Assembly (NCBI GenBank): GCA_002269645.1
Contig: NIVC01001072.1
Location: 62,001-126,000 of the forward strand
DNA length: 64,000 bases
Reading direction: 5' to 3'
Source of the DNA: Macrostomum lignano
Lineage: Eukaryota
The position numbers and the translations under genes are program-made. Under the pieces are notes generated by a model. It made no database searches. It saw only the letters and a program-made list of their open reading frames with translations, and was not told where the DNA came from. Below are positions 51,593-64,000 of the stretch, piece after piece (the first letter of the stretch is position 1; each line of letters begins with the position of its first letter).

Positions 51593-54010
51593 ATGCATGA
51601 CAAAATCACAAATCTAGACATACAAAACCCAGCTTTTATAAATGAATTAAGTAGAAAAGTTAGACAAATTCAAAACAACATCACAGTAGAGATAAAGAAC
51701 CCACTATGCTCAACACTGCCTCGTTTCCTTAAAGATTTAAGAAACGCTGCTAGACATGCCTGCAGAAGATATAAAACCTTCCCTACTCCCAACAACCTCT
51801 CAAGCAAAGTACAACTCAAAAAAGCATACGAAAAAAAGCTCACTTCATGGAAATTTGAAACAACTCTCTGTGCAGACAACATGATCAACCAAGCCTTTAT
51901 TCAAAACGATACAAAACAACTTTGGAACTTATTAAAAACACCAAATCCCTCAAACAACAGAGTAACAATTGATGAAAAATTTATCATACACTTTCAAAAT
52001 CTTGTAACTGAACAAGACAGCAGCATTAGACTTTCATACAATCTTCACCTTGACAACCCTATTCTGGCTGATTTAGAGGATTTCAATGCCCCATTCACCA
52101 AAGAAGAAGTTATAAAACATATTAAAAAGCTCAAAACCGACAAAGCACCTGGGCACGATAAAGTATATGTAGAAACACTCAAATACCTCGAGAACGAACT
52201 TGCTGACCTCCTATGCTCACTTTTCAACGAAGCACTCAAACAAGGAACCTTCCCAACTAGTTGGATAACAAATACACTTCATCCGATTTATAAAAACAAA
52301 GGCAGCAGTGCCGACCCCAACAATTACAGAGGAATCTGCATTCAACCAATTCTTGGCAAGCTCTTTTGCCAAATTATTAAATCCAGACTCGAAAACCTAG
52401 CATACGCAAACAATCTTATATCAAAATACCAATACGGTTTCAAGCCCAATCACAGCACAATCGACCAATGTTTTAATCTTTACAACATTATAAACCAATC
52501 CATCTACAACAAAGAAGAACTCTTTATTGGATTTGTTGACTATGAAAAAGCCTTCGATAGCTTAAATCAACCGACCCTTTGGCACAAAACGGATAACCAG
52601 GGTATTAAAGGTCAAATGACGGAACTTATCAAGAACATGCATAAAAATGCCTGCTTCATTCTAAAAAATGATGATGATGATGATGAAACCCAGCCAATCC
52701 CAATATCAAAAGGTGTTCTTCAAGGCAACCCTCTCTCTACCATCCTTTTTGAACTATATATTGACGACATTGTTGAATATCTTGAACTCTCTAGCGCTAG
52801 GCGCTCTCTTACGAGATCTGCTTTCCCACTCATCCTACTCTTTGCAGACGATCAAGCCATTCTAGCTAAAAACAAAGACGAACTTCAAGACACATTTACG
52901 ACTATGGAAAATTACTGCAAACAAAATTACTTGAAAGTAAACGCAAGCAAAACAAAGTTCATGCAGGGCAATACCAGACAAAAAAACGACGCAGAAAGCA
53001 TTGCTACAAAAATATACTACGACAACCAAGAAATAGAGGAAGTAAATGAATTTAAATACCTGGGAATTATTTTTGAACCAAAAAACAGCTTTAAAAAATG
53101 TATTGAACACCAAACTAAGCAGGGATATACAGCCATGTTTTCCCTACTCCATAGGGTAAAGAATACGTCCCTAGACATCACACTCATTCGCAGACTATTT
53201 GACGCGCTTGTTACCCCCGTTATCACTTACGGTTGTGAGCTCTGGGGCCCTCTGGCTACCATGTCTGATACAAAAGCTATTGATAATATTCAGCTGAAGT
53301 TCTACAAATATCTCCTCAATCTACCAAAATTTGCTAGCAACAGTGTGATATCATCAGAACTTGAGCTTACTCCAATCTCTCAACGAATCGCTAAAACCTA
53401 CCTCATCTACTGGCTGAAGATTAGACACAAAAAACTCTGCCAAACGACTCTAGAAATTTTCTACTCAAACACCAGCCAAAAAAATCCATGGAAAACAAAT
53501 GTACTAAAGAAACTGGAAAGTATAGACTTAAAAGCACTAACTGAAGATAAACTTTCCCAAAGCTTTAATAACGAGAAATACCTAGTGAAAAAGCACCTCA
53601 AGATACACAGAGAAAGAGAACTTAGCCAAAAGCTAGAGAATCAGCAACATATTAAACTCTACAAAAACGCCTATCTCTACAAAAAAATCTGCAAGCCCGA
53701 CCTTTCAGATTACTTTCCATGCACTTTTAGAAACAAAAAATTCTTAACAACCCTCCTAAAACTGAAATGCGAAATTACACCCAACATTTTCTCTCATGAA
53801 GCATGTAGACTGTGTGGAGCGAGAAATGGTTCCGATATCCTACACTACTTGACCGAATGTCCACAAACTGAAAAGATCAGAAAAAAATACTTCTGTCAGT
53901 ACCTCTTAAATGACAAGCAAGTACACAAGCTAGGATATGCTACAAATGAAAAAAGAGTCAGAAAAGAGCTCACTGGTGTAGCTAAAATATATGAAGTCAT
54001 GAATAGCTAA
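51593..54010 (+). CDS. LINE ORF2 reverse transcriptase portion, 805 aa
   Basis: KAPGHD, NNYRGI, QYGFK, FVDYEKAFD, GVLQG.PLS..LF, LLFADD, YLGI, C-terminal CCHC; preceded by APE sequence (51229-~51535) offset by one frameshift. Confidence 0.9.
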   Translation: MHDKITNLDIQNPAFINELSRKVRQIQNNITVEIKNPLCSTLPRFLKDLRNAARHACRRYKTFPTPNNLSSKVQLKKAYEKKLTSWKFETTLCADNMINQAFIQNDTKQLWNLLKTPNPSNNRVTIDEKFIIHFQNLVTEQDSSIRLSYNLHLDNPILADLEDFNAPFTKEEVIKHIKKLKTDKAPGHDKVYVETLKYLENELADLLCSLFNEALKQGTFPTSWITNTLHPIYKNKGSSADPNNYRGICIQPILGKLFCQIIKSRLENLAYANNLISKYQYGFKPNHSTIDQCFNLYNIINQSIYNKEELFIGFVDYEKAFDSLNQPTLWHKTDNQGIKGQMTELIKNMHKNACFILKNDDDDDETQPIPISKGVLQGNPLSTILFELYIDDIVEYLELSSARRSLTRSAFPLILLFADDQAILAKNKDELQDTFTTMENYCKQNYLKVNASKTKFMQGNTRQKNDAESIATKIYYDNQEIEEVNEFKYLGIIFEPKNSFKKCIEHQTKQGYTAMFSLLHRVKNTSLDITLIRRLFDALVTPVITYGCELWGPLATMSDTKAIDNIQLKFYKYLLNLPKFASNSVISSELELTPISQRIAKTYLIYWLKIRHKKLCQTTLEIFYSNTSQKNPWKTNVLKKLESIDLKALTEDKLSQSFNNEKYLVKKHLKIHRERELSQKLENQQHIKLYKNAYLYKKICKPDLSDYFPCTFRNKKFLTTLLKLKCEITPNIFSHEACRLCGARNGSDILHYLTECPQTEKIRKKYFCQYLLNDKQVHKLGYATNEKRVRKELTGVAKIYEVMNS

Positions 54011-56812
54011 AACAGTTATGCAAACTGAAACAGACATATCAGCAGTGTAATAAATCCGCTTTTCTTTTCTTTTGTTTATTCATTTACTGTCTTTTTAATT
54101 TCCTATTTAATTAGCATTTAATTAATATTTAATTAGTTTCCTATCTAATACCTATTTAAATCGTCGCTATTCGTTTAACGTAAATTTCTTTCGAAGTTCG
54201 TTTTTGTTCATTTTTCGTTCGTTTTTCACGCTTTGAAATATTGCGCGCTTGCAAAATACTATATCTTTTTACAAAAAACGCTCTTTCAAATACCTTAATA
54301 ATTTTACAAATATCGTAACTCACATCGTAACTCGTGTAAAAATTTAACCTTTTGAACAAATTTAACCTTTTGAACTTAATCGTAATTAAACAACTAATGC
54401 TAAAATAACTTAAATACACAGAAATATACTGGCCAAACAGGCTTCTTGCCTGAGCCAACTTACTACTACTACTACTACTTAACTTAATATATAAAAATTA
54501 CATTTTACAGCTCAATAGGCCTAGAGTATAGGCTAATTTGATTCTCGTTTAATGGTTGACATAATTTCACATAATATAAAAAAGATTAAATATAATGTAA
54601 CATACCCTCTATTCACAAAATGTATATCGACCCTGAAATGGCCTGAATTGGCCAAACAGGCCGCATGCCTACATGCCTACAAATGGCTTAGCCATTTGAT
54701 TGATTGGCTAAAAATCCATTGGATAATTCAAAAGTTATTATATTATTTATAACTTGAAAAATCAGAAATTTTAAAGAAAAATGATCACAGTATCTTATGG
54801 GAAAATGCATTATGGAAATGTCAAAAATACAACACTAAAATGTTATAAATTTTTTATTACTTGACCAAAATTCAAAAGTGAAGTGTCTTTTTACTAATAC
54901 AAACAAGATCTATCATACTAAATAATAAAAAATTAGAAATTCACAACTTTCAAAATCTCACAGGACCCCTTAATATTATAGTAGGCTCAGGCCCCCTATC
55001 TCATTATAAGTTGTGGTCATTGTGTTGCTTAGGACTTAGGAGAATGCATATATTTTGACTAATAGCTAATAGGCATACATATACTATGTGCTTCTGGCAA
55101 TCTCGAATCGTTCGTTTAATTATTTCTAGAATTATTTTGCCCTCTATTCAAGGGTGGTGGGGGGGTGGTGGTTGGAATTATACGAACAATTCAAGAAGAT
55201 AGCCATGCTTCTTGACCACTCATTTATCAATCACTATATTTCACTGATCTAAATGATATAGGCCTGATCATATAGGGGCCTATATAAGCTATAGCCTACC
55301 CCTATTTGACTAAGTAGACAAAGGTGTCCATTGGCATTGCAATTTTGGAATTTTCTGGTATTGCATTGCAACTAGAGTCAAGGCAAGTGCTATTGCGGTA
55401 CAATGCAAGTTTTGGATAAATGGCAAAAGTAATTATGACAATCTTATTAAGGCTTAATGCCTTGTTATTTAATTAATTATCTTTTTATCTAAATATGCCT
55501 ATATTCAGTGTAAAAGTTAAAATATTCTGTCATGTTGCATTTTTGAGTTACTATTTTAGACCCCATGTTGTGCATCCGCAAGTTTTCTACACTTATTCCA
55601 ATAGAAAGCTATACCTATATAATTTTCTTTGAATTAGAGATTTTAGACATTTTTAGATTTATTACAATTTTAGACACATCTTTTGATACATTTTAGGACA
55701 CTTAAATTGTCACAAAAAGTATTAGGAAAATAGTCATATATTAGTTAAATTTTGGTGACATATTTTCAAACATTTTTGCAATATTTTAAGTAAGTATCCT
55801 AAAAGTAGGCCTATTAAAAGATATATCTGAGAATGTGTTAGAGAAAGTTATACAAGTATAGCTTATAAACATGGTTAGGTCATTCAATTAACAAAATTTA
55901 GTAATTGATAAATGGGTGGTTAGGATAGTTCAGTGAACTTATTTTAGGCTTTTTAGGTTGTTTGTTTAAAATTTAATGTCAAAATAATTTAACATAGAAA
56001 GCTAGGACATTGCCTATTATATCATTAACTATAGTATAAATAAGGACTTCAGTGAAGGTCTTGTGACTTGCCAAAAAATTGGCTAAACTTTTTATTTGAG
56101 TTTATAAAAAATTAGTTTTTCTCTTTTTTTCTAGTTTATATTTGATTTTTATTCCATATAACTACATTGCAAAGTTGTTAATTTGTAAAAACTAGCCTTT
56201 TTACTAAAAATTGCTTTTAGATCTATATTAGGATATTACCTAGCAAGTCACAACACCTTTATTAAAGTCCCTAGCCTAATCAAAGAAACTTGGTAAACAT
56301 ATTTTGCTATTTGGCTATATTTGGCTTATGTAGTCAAGTGGCTTTGTATGCTATTATATATAGATTCATAGAAAGCAACCAAATCAAATAGATGGGATTA
56401 TCAGCCAACTTTAGTTATAGGCATCTCTTATTTATCTTATCAACTGCAGCATTTGTGGTTTTATATAATATAACTATCTTATAGTAGCAAAACATTTTAA
56501 TATAACATTGCAAAAGTATATCAAAGTTAGCCTACTAAAGCTTGCCCTATCTTGCATATTACTGTAGCTATCTAAACTCTAAGTCAGATGACTATTGCAC
56601 TTTTTGCTTTTTAAAAAAGATGATGTTGAATGACTTGTATACTAGCTAAATTTGCTTGGCCATCCCCCATGACCATTATTGCAATAAATAAAAGACTGCC
56701 TTTGGCTAGTAAAAGTTGCCTATTAGCATCATTGCCCTACTATCAAATGGTTTGTTCATTTTGTTGGTATGACAATGATACCAGTTGATGAAGTGCAACA
56801 TGGTCTAGCTAA

Positions 56813-57211
56813 TAGAGGTTGGACAGGATCCCGATCCCGATCCCAAAATCTCGGGATCCCTAGGAAAATTGAATTCCCGCGGGACCAGAATCCCAACCCT
56901 AAAAAACTCGAGATTTGGAAACCGGTCTTTTGATTAAAAATTTATAGACTTAGTGATTACTTGAAGGTATTTTGCTTTAACTTGTACTCGTTATATTATT
57001 TACTTTTTGGTTACAAAACTTCATTACAAAACTTCATATCAATTTCATTGTGTTTTACTTCTTGATCTTGACCATCTTTTCTCAATTTTGTTTAACTTTA
57101 CATGGACAATACACTAAAATACCTGATCCCGATTCCTGAATCCCGATCTTGAGAAAAAAATTATTCCTAATCCCGATCCCGCCCGAAGATTTCAATCCTG
57201 TCCAACCTCTA
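56813..57211. mobile_element. hAT-type MITE, ~400 bp
   Basis: TIRs TAGAGGTTGGACAGGAT / ATCCTGTCCAACCTCTA; 8-bp TSD CTAGCTAA / CTGGCTAA (7/8); subterminal ATCCCG repeats. Confidence 0.85.
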
Positions 57212-57599
57212 CTGGCTAAGCATTGATATCTCATTGATGATGATCAACCTCATGGGATGTGAAGTGGCTCATGCATAGTTATTAGAATAACTGTAGATTA
57301 TCTTTAAGGAATCAGAGCAATGCAAATGCTAATGAATTTTTATTCTTATCAATTTGCCTTAAGGCTCAAGCTTATTTTTGGCAAACAAAATGAAAGAGTG
57401 ATGCTTTGGAATATACAGTTGGCTGCAGAGAGATAGGACATAGACAAAAGGGGGACTTAAAGGGTACAAGAAAGTGGCTTTGCCAGATAGACAATATGAG
57501 AAATAATAGTAGTATATCAATGCATTAATAAATGGTAATTTATGTGTGCATTCTTTCAATGTACAATAGGATGCAATGCAACCTTACCTAAATGGTCTT

Positions 57600-57858
57600 T
57601 AGCACTTTGCTACCACTCTCTTACTACCAGAATTTTGTAGCCAGAATGTGTAGAGCTGCCTGCACTGTCAAGCTGCCAATGTTGAGCAATGCTAGTGGGA
57701 GCCAGGAGTGAGCAACCCTTGCCTAGTAGACCATACAATATACTAATCAAGAAGCTCTTACCTATGTCTGCCAGACCATGTATAATGAATTTTTTTGCTT
57801 TGACTCTCTCCAACTTATCATTTGCCTCATCTAGCCAATTGAGAACAAAGTTATACAC
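57600..57858 (-). pseudogene. Degenerate PIF1-like helicase fragment (probable Helitron remnant)
   Basis: FIIHGLADIGKSFLI...LLAPTSIA....THS resembles PIF1 motifs I and Ia (G.AGTGKS; APTGIAA; T.HS). Confidence 0.5.
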
Positions 57859-58807
57859 ATGCTACTATTCAATGTTCAACTGCTAGTGATTGGTACTAGC
57901 AATGGCATTGGACTCATATCTATCAGCTAAGTATCCCATTTGCAGCTTAGAAAAAAATCTGTCAACTTCCATGACAAGAAAAAACTTTGCTGACATTCTA
58001 TTCAAAGTTTTAACTAGTATCCAGGTTGCAATCCACACTATTATGGTTGATCACACTTGTAGCAGCAGCCAGCAGCACAAATGTAGTACCTAATTAGGCT
58101 AATTGTGTGTAGTATTGCTCTATAGGCCTTTGTAAATTGACTACCTATGCTGCTATCATGTCCTAGGTCATTAGGGTATTGCCATTGATGTCACTAACTC
58201 ACTGGCATCCAATTCAATAGTTGTAGCTTCTCTTATTAGGTTAGATATATGGCAAATGCACAATAGATAAGCTGGCTGATTCTACTCAAATGCCTCTTGT
58301 CATGTATCATGCTCAGCTTTCAGCTTTCAGTATAAGACCATCTAGCAGTATACTTTGGTTATAACTAGTATAAATAAGGCCTATGTCTAATGGTAAAAAC
58401 TGCCATTATGATCGACTATTTTCATTGATATACTAATCAATTGGTAGAAACGAATTTTTTTTGCTTTGGGCATTTTATAGGGATTTCCATTAGAATAAAA
58501 CACTATTAAAAGTGGGTATAGTTGGTTCACTTTACTATAAGCCTATTTTGTAGGCAATTAGTTAGTATATATCAGTGACAAAGAAAGATATTTTGGAGCA
58601 ATCTTAAACTTGTTTGGCAAATGCAATTTCAAGATTAACCTGATTTGAAATTACAAAGCAGCAGTACAAGATCCATGAGTACTTCTATTGTAATATGTTT
58701 TAAAAGCTCTTACCAAATATAGCTAGAAAAGACTAGAAATTGATATGAAAAACTTAAAACAACTTGGAGTGCAGTTAACCTCTATTTGACTGCAGTTTTA
58801 GGCGCTT

Positions 58808-59117
58808 ATAACCATTCCCGACGGATAGGCCGAAAACAACCATAGACAGTTTTCAAATTTATGATCATAAATGTTGCTGCTACCACCGTTCCCGCCTAGA
58901 TGAAGGAATGAAATTCTATTGATTATAAATATGGTTATATATAGCAGTCAGTAGTCCTTATACATAATATTTATATGGCCGTTTTCGGCCTCTAGTCGTC
59001 GGGAATGGCTGTGGTAAAAAATCCAACAAATCTGGCCCATAGAGATTGATTTTATGCCGTCTAGCTTGGAGGTAGACAGAATGGACGAAAACGGCCATCC
59101 GTCTGCCTATGGTTAAT
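58808..59117. mobile_element. Putative MITE with TAACCAT termini and internal inverted repeats
   Basis: CCATTCCCGACG..GGCCGAAAAC at 58812 is inverted at 58981-59008; right end ATGGTTAA mirrors left ATAACCAT; superfamily uncertain. Confidence 0.4.
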
Positions 59118-59457
59118 GGGGAAAATGTAATAAAAATTTTTTAAAGCTTATATTGACTTTTGTTAATTTCAAAAATTTAATTTTGTCAATGTATGGTTGT
59201 TTAATTTACATTAATAATAGAATGTATTTATGCCTATATTCTATAGTTTTTGAGAATTTAGTGTTTTGTATTTTTTGGAAAAGCTATTGCAATCTTTTCC
59301 TTTTTAGACATGTTTATTTGTCAACAATTGTAGCAACACATTATAGTACTTTTGAGTAGTATAAATAGCCTGAAATGGAATTTTTTGTAGATACACTGAA
59401 CATTGTGTATATATATTTGCTACTATAATGCTATACTGTATCTAAGGCTATTATACT

Positions 59458-60387
59458 ATGTGCTCAAATGCCAGTTCATTGCTCACTCACTCATCAGACC
59501 TGCTATGCTGCAAGCTGTACTCTGCTGGCATGAAGATGAGCGCACCGGCTGATCCACTTCACAACTCAGTCTCGTTGCGCCGGCTCTATCCGCCAGACAC
59601 TGACGATGTCAAATGTTTGGCTAAACACCTGTTCCCTATCGATTATCCAGACTCCTGGTTTCACGATATCGTCACCAATGATCGATTTTATACCCAAGCT
59701 GCGTTGCTAGGCAACGAGATGGTCGCTATGCTAGTAGCCGAGGTCAAGCCTATTGCTATAGTTAATAAAGAGGATGCCGATTTGTTAAGCTGTCAATTCC
59801 CGCCGGAGACAAAGGTGTGCTACTTGCTCAGCATCGGTGTCAGCCAGCCCTACAGAAGGCGCGGCTTAGCTCGCCTGTTGCTAAGCAACCTGTTAAGCCA
59901 TTTACACGCCAGCTTAGGCAGCCAGGTGAAATGCGTCTACCTGCACGTGTTGGCTACAAATCGGGCTGCTATAGAGTTCTATCAGGGCCAGGGGTTTCAG
60001 CTGCACTGCCGGCTGCCGTTCTACTATGTGATCGAGGGCCGCCCGGCCGATGCCTGCTCCTATGCGCTGTACCTCAATGACGGCTGTCCACCAGAGTCCT
60101 GCTTGCAGACTGTGGCCAGATCCGCCAGTTTAGTGGCATCCTGCGTCTGCTCCAGGCTATTATCAGTCACCTGCTACTGTCGGCGCTGCCATCTGATGCC
60201 CAGCTGTCTGTATTCCATTGTACGGCGTCTGGGTTCCATAATGGGACTGTCCTGTTCGGATTCTATTACTAATAGTAGTAGTAGATCGTGCAGTGTTTCT
60301 ATGCTGCTTATGCAGTTGAAGCATCGATTGGTTTATTCTGCAACAGGCTCGCAGGGTACTTTGTCGTCTAGCACTGCCAGTGTGTGA
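59458..60387 (+). CDS. NAA60: N-alpha-acetyltransferase 60 (NatF), intronless; start may be 59530 or 59536
   Basis: FPIDYPDSWF, AEVK, YLLSIGV..PYRRRGLA..LL, VYLHVL.TN..AI.FY, LPFYY.I.G...DA, then a hydrophobic Cys-rich C-terminus as in NAA60. Confidence 0.9.
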   Translation: MCSNASSLLTHSSDLLCCKLYSAGMKMSAPADPLHNSVSLRRLYPPDTDDVKCLAKHLFPIDYPDSWFHDIVTNDRFYTQAALLGNEMVAMLVAEVKPIAIVNKEDADLLSCQFPPETKVCYLLSIGVSQPYRRRGLARLLLSNLLSHLHASLGSQVKCVYLHVLATNRAAIEFYQGQGFQLHCRLPFYYVIEGRPADACSYALYLNDGCPPESCLQTVARSASLVASCVCSRLLSVTCYCRRCHLMPSCLYSIVRRLGSIMGLSCSDSITNSSSRSCSVSMLLMQLKHRLVYSATGSQGTLSSSTASV

Positions 60388-60744
60388 TGAACCTCTAAGA
60401 TACTGGCCCAATATCTGCGCTTTTATCTGAACTTTCAGTAATTCCAGTGATTAAAATCATCTCTCTAAAGGGAATGGTCTGTGCGATAGTTACAATTTAA
60501 AGTTTAAACTGATGCTAGCTTAACCCAATTTCTTCAAATATTATACTGTAACATCTGACATAGTATGCTAGCCTAATTTGTGTACTCTGTACTTGTAGAG
60601 ATATAATTCGCTTGTAAAAAGTTCCGCCAACCACAGATGTAAACCCACTCTATCATTTTAGGTTCAATATTTAACCTTAAACATCCGCCCTCTACACCTA
60701 AAGATCCGCTCTTTACCATTTCAGATTCGTTTTCTATCCTTAAA

Positions 60745-61017
60745 GATCCGCCCTCTGCACTTTAAGATCCGCCCTCTACCCTTTTAATATCCGCCCTCTA
60801 CCCTTTTAATATCCGCCCTCTACCCTTTTAAGATCCGCCCTCTACCCTTTTAATATCCGCCCTCTACCCTTTTAATATCTGCCCTCTACCCTTTTAAGAT
60901 CAGCCCTCTACCCTTTTAATATCCGCCCTCTATCCTTTTAATATCCGCCCTCTACCCTTTTAATATCCGCCCTCTAACCTTAAAGATCCGCTTTCTAACA
61001 TTTAAGATCCGCCCTCT
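60745..61017. repeat. 22-bp minisatellite (ATATCCGCCCTCTACCCTTTTA)
   Basis: Seen directly. Confidence 0.9.
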
Positions 61018-61499
61018 ATTATGAAAAGTAGTGCTTTGACAATGACATATTCTTTCATTTGCGCAACAAAAGTGCCTTTCTGTATAGATTTCGCTTGATG
61101 CTGATTTTAAATAGAAAAACAAGCCCAAACATTAGCGCATATCATCGTTTTAGTATGTAGTTAAGTCTGCAGACTTTTGTATACTGTGCTTACTTAAAAT
61201 GTAATTAATGCTAGTTGTTCCATGTTGATTTTGATTTTTTTAAAGAATCTTTGAATCGCACTTGGCAGTCCGAGTCTTACTTTGTTTATTCAATTATTAT
61301 TTCGTGTTATGTATGCCCATTCAGATACTGTCATTCTGTTCGCGGTGCTGATTAATGCCTCTTATTACCTGTGCATACCTGTGCTGCAGTGTGCACTTTA
61401 ATTACGCTTGTTTGTTTGCTATTTTTTCATCTAGCTTTTTTTCTTTCCAAAGAAAAGACTTTTCTGCTACAAAGTCATAACGCTTAAAACGTTATAAGG

Positions 61500-62032
61500 C
61501 AACCAGGGTTATTCCCCATGAGCCATAGACAACCAGGGTTATTCTCCATGAGCCATAGACAACCAGGGTTATACCCCAATGAGCCATAGGCAACCAGGGT
61601 TATTCCCCATGAGCCATAGACAACCAGGGTTATACCCCCTTGAGCCATAGACAACCAGGGTTATTCCCCATGAGCCATAGACAACCAGGGTTATTCCCCA
61701 TGAGCCATAGACAACCAGGGTTATACCCCATGAGCCATAGACAACCAGGGTTATTCCCCATGAGCCATAGACAACCAGGGTTATTCCCCATGAGCCATAG
61801 GCAACCAGGGTTATTCCCCATGAGCCATAGACAACCAGGGTTATTCCCTATGAGCCATAGGCAACCAGGGTTATTCCCCATGAGCCATAGACAACCAGGG
61901 TTATTCCCCATGAGCCATAGACAACCAGGGTTATTCCCCATGAGCCATAGACAACCAGGGTTATTCCCTATGAGCCATAGGCAACCAGGGTTATTCCCCA
62001 TGAGCCATAGGCAACCAGGGTTATTCCCCATG
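61500..62032. repeat. 30-bp minisatellite (CAACCAGGGTTATTCCCCATGAGCCATAGA)
   Basis: ~17 units. Confidence 0.95.
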
Positions 62033-62382
62033 AGTCCTGCACCAGTGTTCAATAGAACACTTGCGTCAAAGCATGCCTAGAAAGCTTTTAATATTATTTT
62101 ATGTTTAATAGCGGATTGTATGATTTCTATCAGCTGCTATAAAATGCTGTCAGTGTAACTTGCAACAATAGAACAAATTTGCAGAATTGGTGAACAATTA
62201 TTACTCATACATACCAGATTTATCTCTTTAAAGTTCCTCATTTTTCTTCGTTTTTCAAATAGCTAATTTTAATGCTTACAATTAGTTTATCTAGTCACTG
62301 ACGTCCGGGATCCAGATGACTTGCTTTTGCTGAATAATTTGATACAATTACAAATCATCCCTTATTTTAATCTTGCAGCTAA

Positions 62383-63475
62383 ATGTGGCAAGACGGCATG
62401 CTACCGCTCTTGGCTCTGCTTCTGTTTGCCGCTGCTCCCGTGGCAATGGCCGATGGGTCCCGGCTGGACCTGCAGGGAAAAACTCTCAAAGTGGCCACCC
62501 TGCTGGTGCGTTAATATCTCAAATAACTAATCCTCAGGTTGAGCTGGCAGCCTCCCAGATCCTCAGGTCGAATTGCCAGCCTAATCCTCAGTCAGTTGCT
62601 GGGCCAGCCTCCCAGATCCTCAGTCAGTTGCTGGGCCAGCCTCCCAGATCCTCAGTCAGTTGCTGGGCCAGCCTCCCAGATCCTCAGTCAGTTGCTGGGC
62701 CAGCCTCCCAGAGTGTCAGTTGCTGGGCCAGCCTCCCAGAGTGTCAGTTTCTGGGCCAGCCTCCCAGATGCCCAGTTTCCGGGCGGCCCACTCATCGCAG
62801 CTCACACCGCTGTCCCCTGCTCTGCACCCACCAGGAAGTGCCGTTCAGCTTCAAACAAGGCGACAACAGCAGCAGCATTCGCGGCTTTTACATCGACATT
62901 CTGGACCTGCTCGCTGAAGAGCTGAACTTCAAGTACAACCTGTACGTTGTGCCCGACAACAAATACGGAGCCCAGCTGCCCAACGGCACTTGGAACGGCT
63001 TGATCAGAGAAGTTATTGACGGGGTATGCGACAATGCGCATGTATAATATTATTTTTCTAGCGTTATCTGAAGGCTGCGTGCGGCTGTTCAGTCCAAGGA
63101 CTGGAGGGGGGGGGGGTCGCCACACACACCCTCAATTACCCCAGCTAATGCTGGCACCCATTTTACAGCTGGGTGAACTGAAGCAATGCAGAGTTAAGTG
63201 TCTTGCTCAAAGACACAAATTGTTCCTTCCAGTGGGTCGACAATCGAACCCCCGACCTCAGGCGCACAGTTGCTAAAAACCCATACTGTTGAATCACTCA
63301 CCGCACGCAGAAAGCCGACTTCGCTCTTGCTCCGTTGAGAATTACCGCTAATCGAGAAAAATACGTGGATTTCACCGTGTCTGTGGCTTCATCCGGCATG
63401 TCAATTGTTGTCAAGCAGGAGCTGCAGGAGGCCGAGTCCTATGCCGCTCTGTTCCTGATGCCGTTTGCTCCTTCG
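62383..63475 (+). CDS. Ionotropic glutamate receptor-family subunit without ATD, first three exons join(62383..62505,62835..63023,63311..63475); continues beyond window
   Basis: Signal peptide then LQGKTLKVATLL|EVPF...GFYIDILDLLAEELNFKY..Y.VPDNKYG....NGTWNGLIREV.DG|KADFALAPLRITANREKYVDFT...MSIVVK (S1 ligand-binding lobe); all introns phase 0. Confidence 0.88.
62545..62780. repeat. 28/32-bp minisatellite of the same family as CDS intron 2, iGluR intron 1
   Basis: CAGTTGCTGGGCCAGCCTCCCAGATCCT and the ...AGAGTGT variant. Confidence 0.92.
63130..63270 (+). mobile_element. SINE/RTE-type 3'-end fragment in iGluR intron 2
   Basis: CTGGCACCCATTTTACAGCTGGGTGAACTG...TTAAGTGTCTTGCTCAA.GACACAA...ATCGAACC resembles RTE-related tails (recall only). 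Confidence 0.45.
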
Positions 63476-63509
63476 GTAAGTTGCAGTTTGTTCTTTTGTG
63501 TGCTGTTAT

Positions 63510-64000
63510 GGTTGTACACAGTCTAATCAATACAGACTAGTGATTGTACACAGTCTTATCAATACAGACTGATGGTTGTACACAGTCTTATCAATACAGA
63601 CTGATGGTTGTACACAGTCTAATCAATACAGACTAGTGATTGTACACAGTCTTATCAATACAGACTGATGGTTGTACACAGTCTTATCAATACAGACTGA
63701 TGGTTGTACACAGTCTTATCAATACAGACTGATGGTTGTACACAGTCTTATCAATACAGACTGATGGTTGTACACAGTCTTATCAATACAGACTGATGGT
63801 TGTACACAGTCTTATCAATACAGACTGATGGTTGTACACAGTCTTATCAATACAGACTGATGGTTGTACACAGTCTTATCAATACAGACTGATGATTGTA
63901 CACAGTCTTATCAATACAGACTGATGATTGTACACAGTCTTATCAATACAGACTGATGGTTGTACACAGTCTTATCAATGCAGACTGATGATTGTACACA
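63510..64000. repeat. 32-bp minisatellite (GATGGTTGTACACAGTCTTATCAATACAGACT), iGluR intron 3
   Basis: ~15 units to window end. Confidence 0.95.

Larger units (their letters stand above)
40630..54480 (+). mobile_element. 5'-truncated non-LTR retrotransposon (APE-RT-CCHC, RTE-X-like) split by an EnSpm insertion; segments ~40630-41073 and 51229-~54480
   Basis: APE motifs GRASGG, NAYIPP, IGDFNAH (left) and NGR..D..GEFTF, SVIDL, SDH (right); RT with FADD and YLGI; C-terminal CRLC..H..C; (TAC)n run at ~54460 is a possible tail. Clade assignment is tentative. Confidence 0.85.

Noticed and set aside
61630-62080. MGNNPGCLWL / MSHRQPGLFP repeat ORFs
   Set aside because: 30-bp minisatellite translations.
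62373-63047. 224-aa single-exon ORF as the iGluR N-terminus
   Set aside because: Chimeric read-through of intron 1; the true first exon is in another frame (ATG 62383).

Overview
Eukaryotic (invertebrate-like) genomic DNA: GC-rich coding exons in AT-rich intergenic DNA, extremely rich in tandem repeats. The style recalls the flatworm Macrostomum, but that is an unverified impression. Host genes reconstructed by hand from GT-AG splice sites: a compact LIN54/tesmin-family CRC gene, a Q-rich coiled-coil protein, a secreted C-type lectin, two paralogous 75-aa membrane microproteins, SNRNP35 (minor spliceosome), an 8-exon CDP-diacylglycerol synthase, NAA60, and the 5' part of an ionotropic glutamate receptor lacking its amino-terminal domain. 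Mobile DNA: an integrase-less Gypsy LTR element, a rearranged Gypsy remnant, and a 10,153-bp EnSpm/CMC transposon (TIRs, 2-bp TSD, transposase plus a divergent 6-exon accessory gene) inserted in the endonuclease of a LINE that can be rejoined in frame. There are also hAT MITEs with 8-bp TSDs and Penelope/Helitron remnants. The most striking pattern is that all 10 reconstructed introns over 300 nt contain a tandem-repeat array while none of the 8 shorter ones does, and several array units trace to small dispersed elements in the same window. Coordinates were counted by eye; splice models are predictions and repeat boundaries are approximate.
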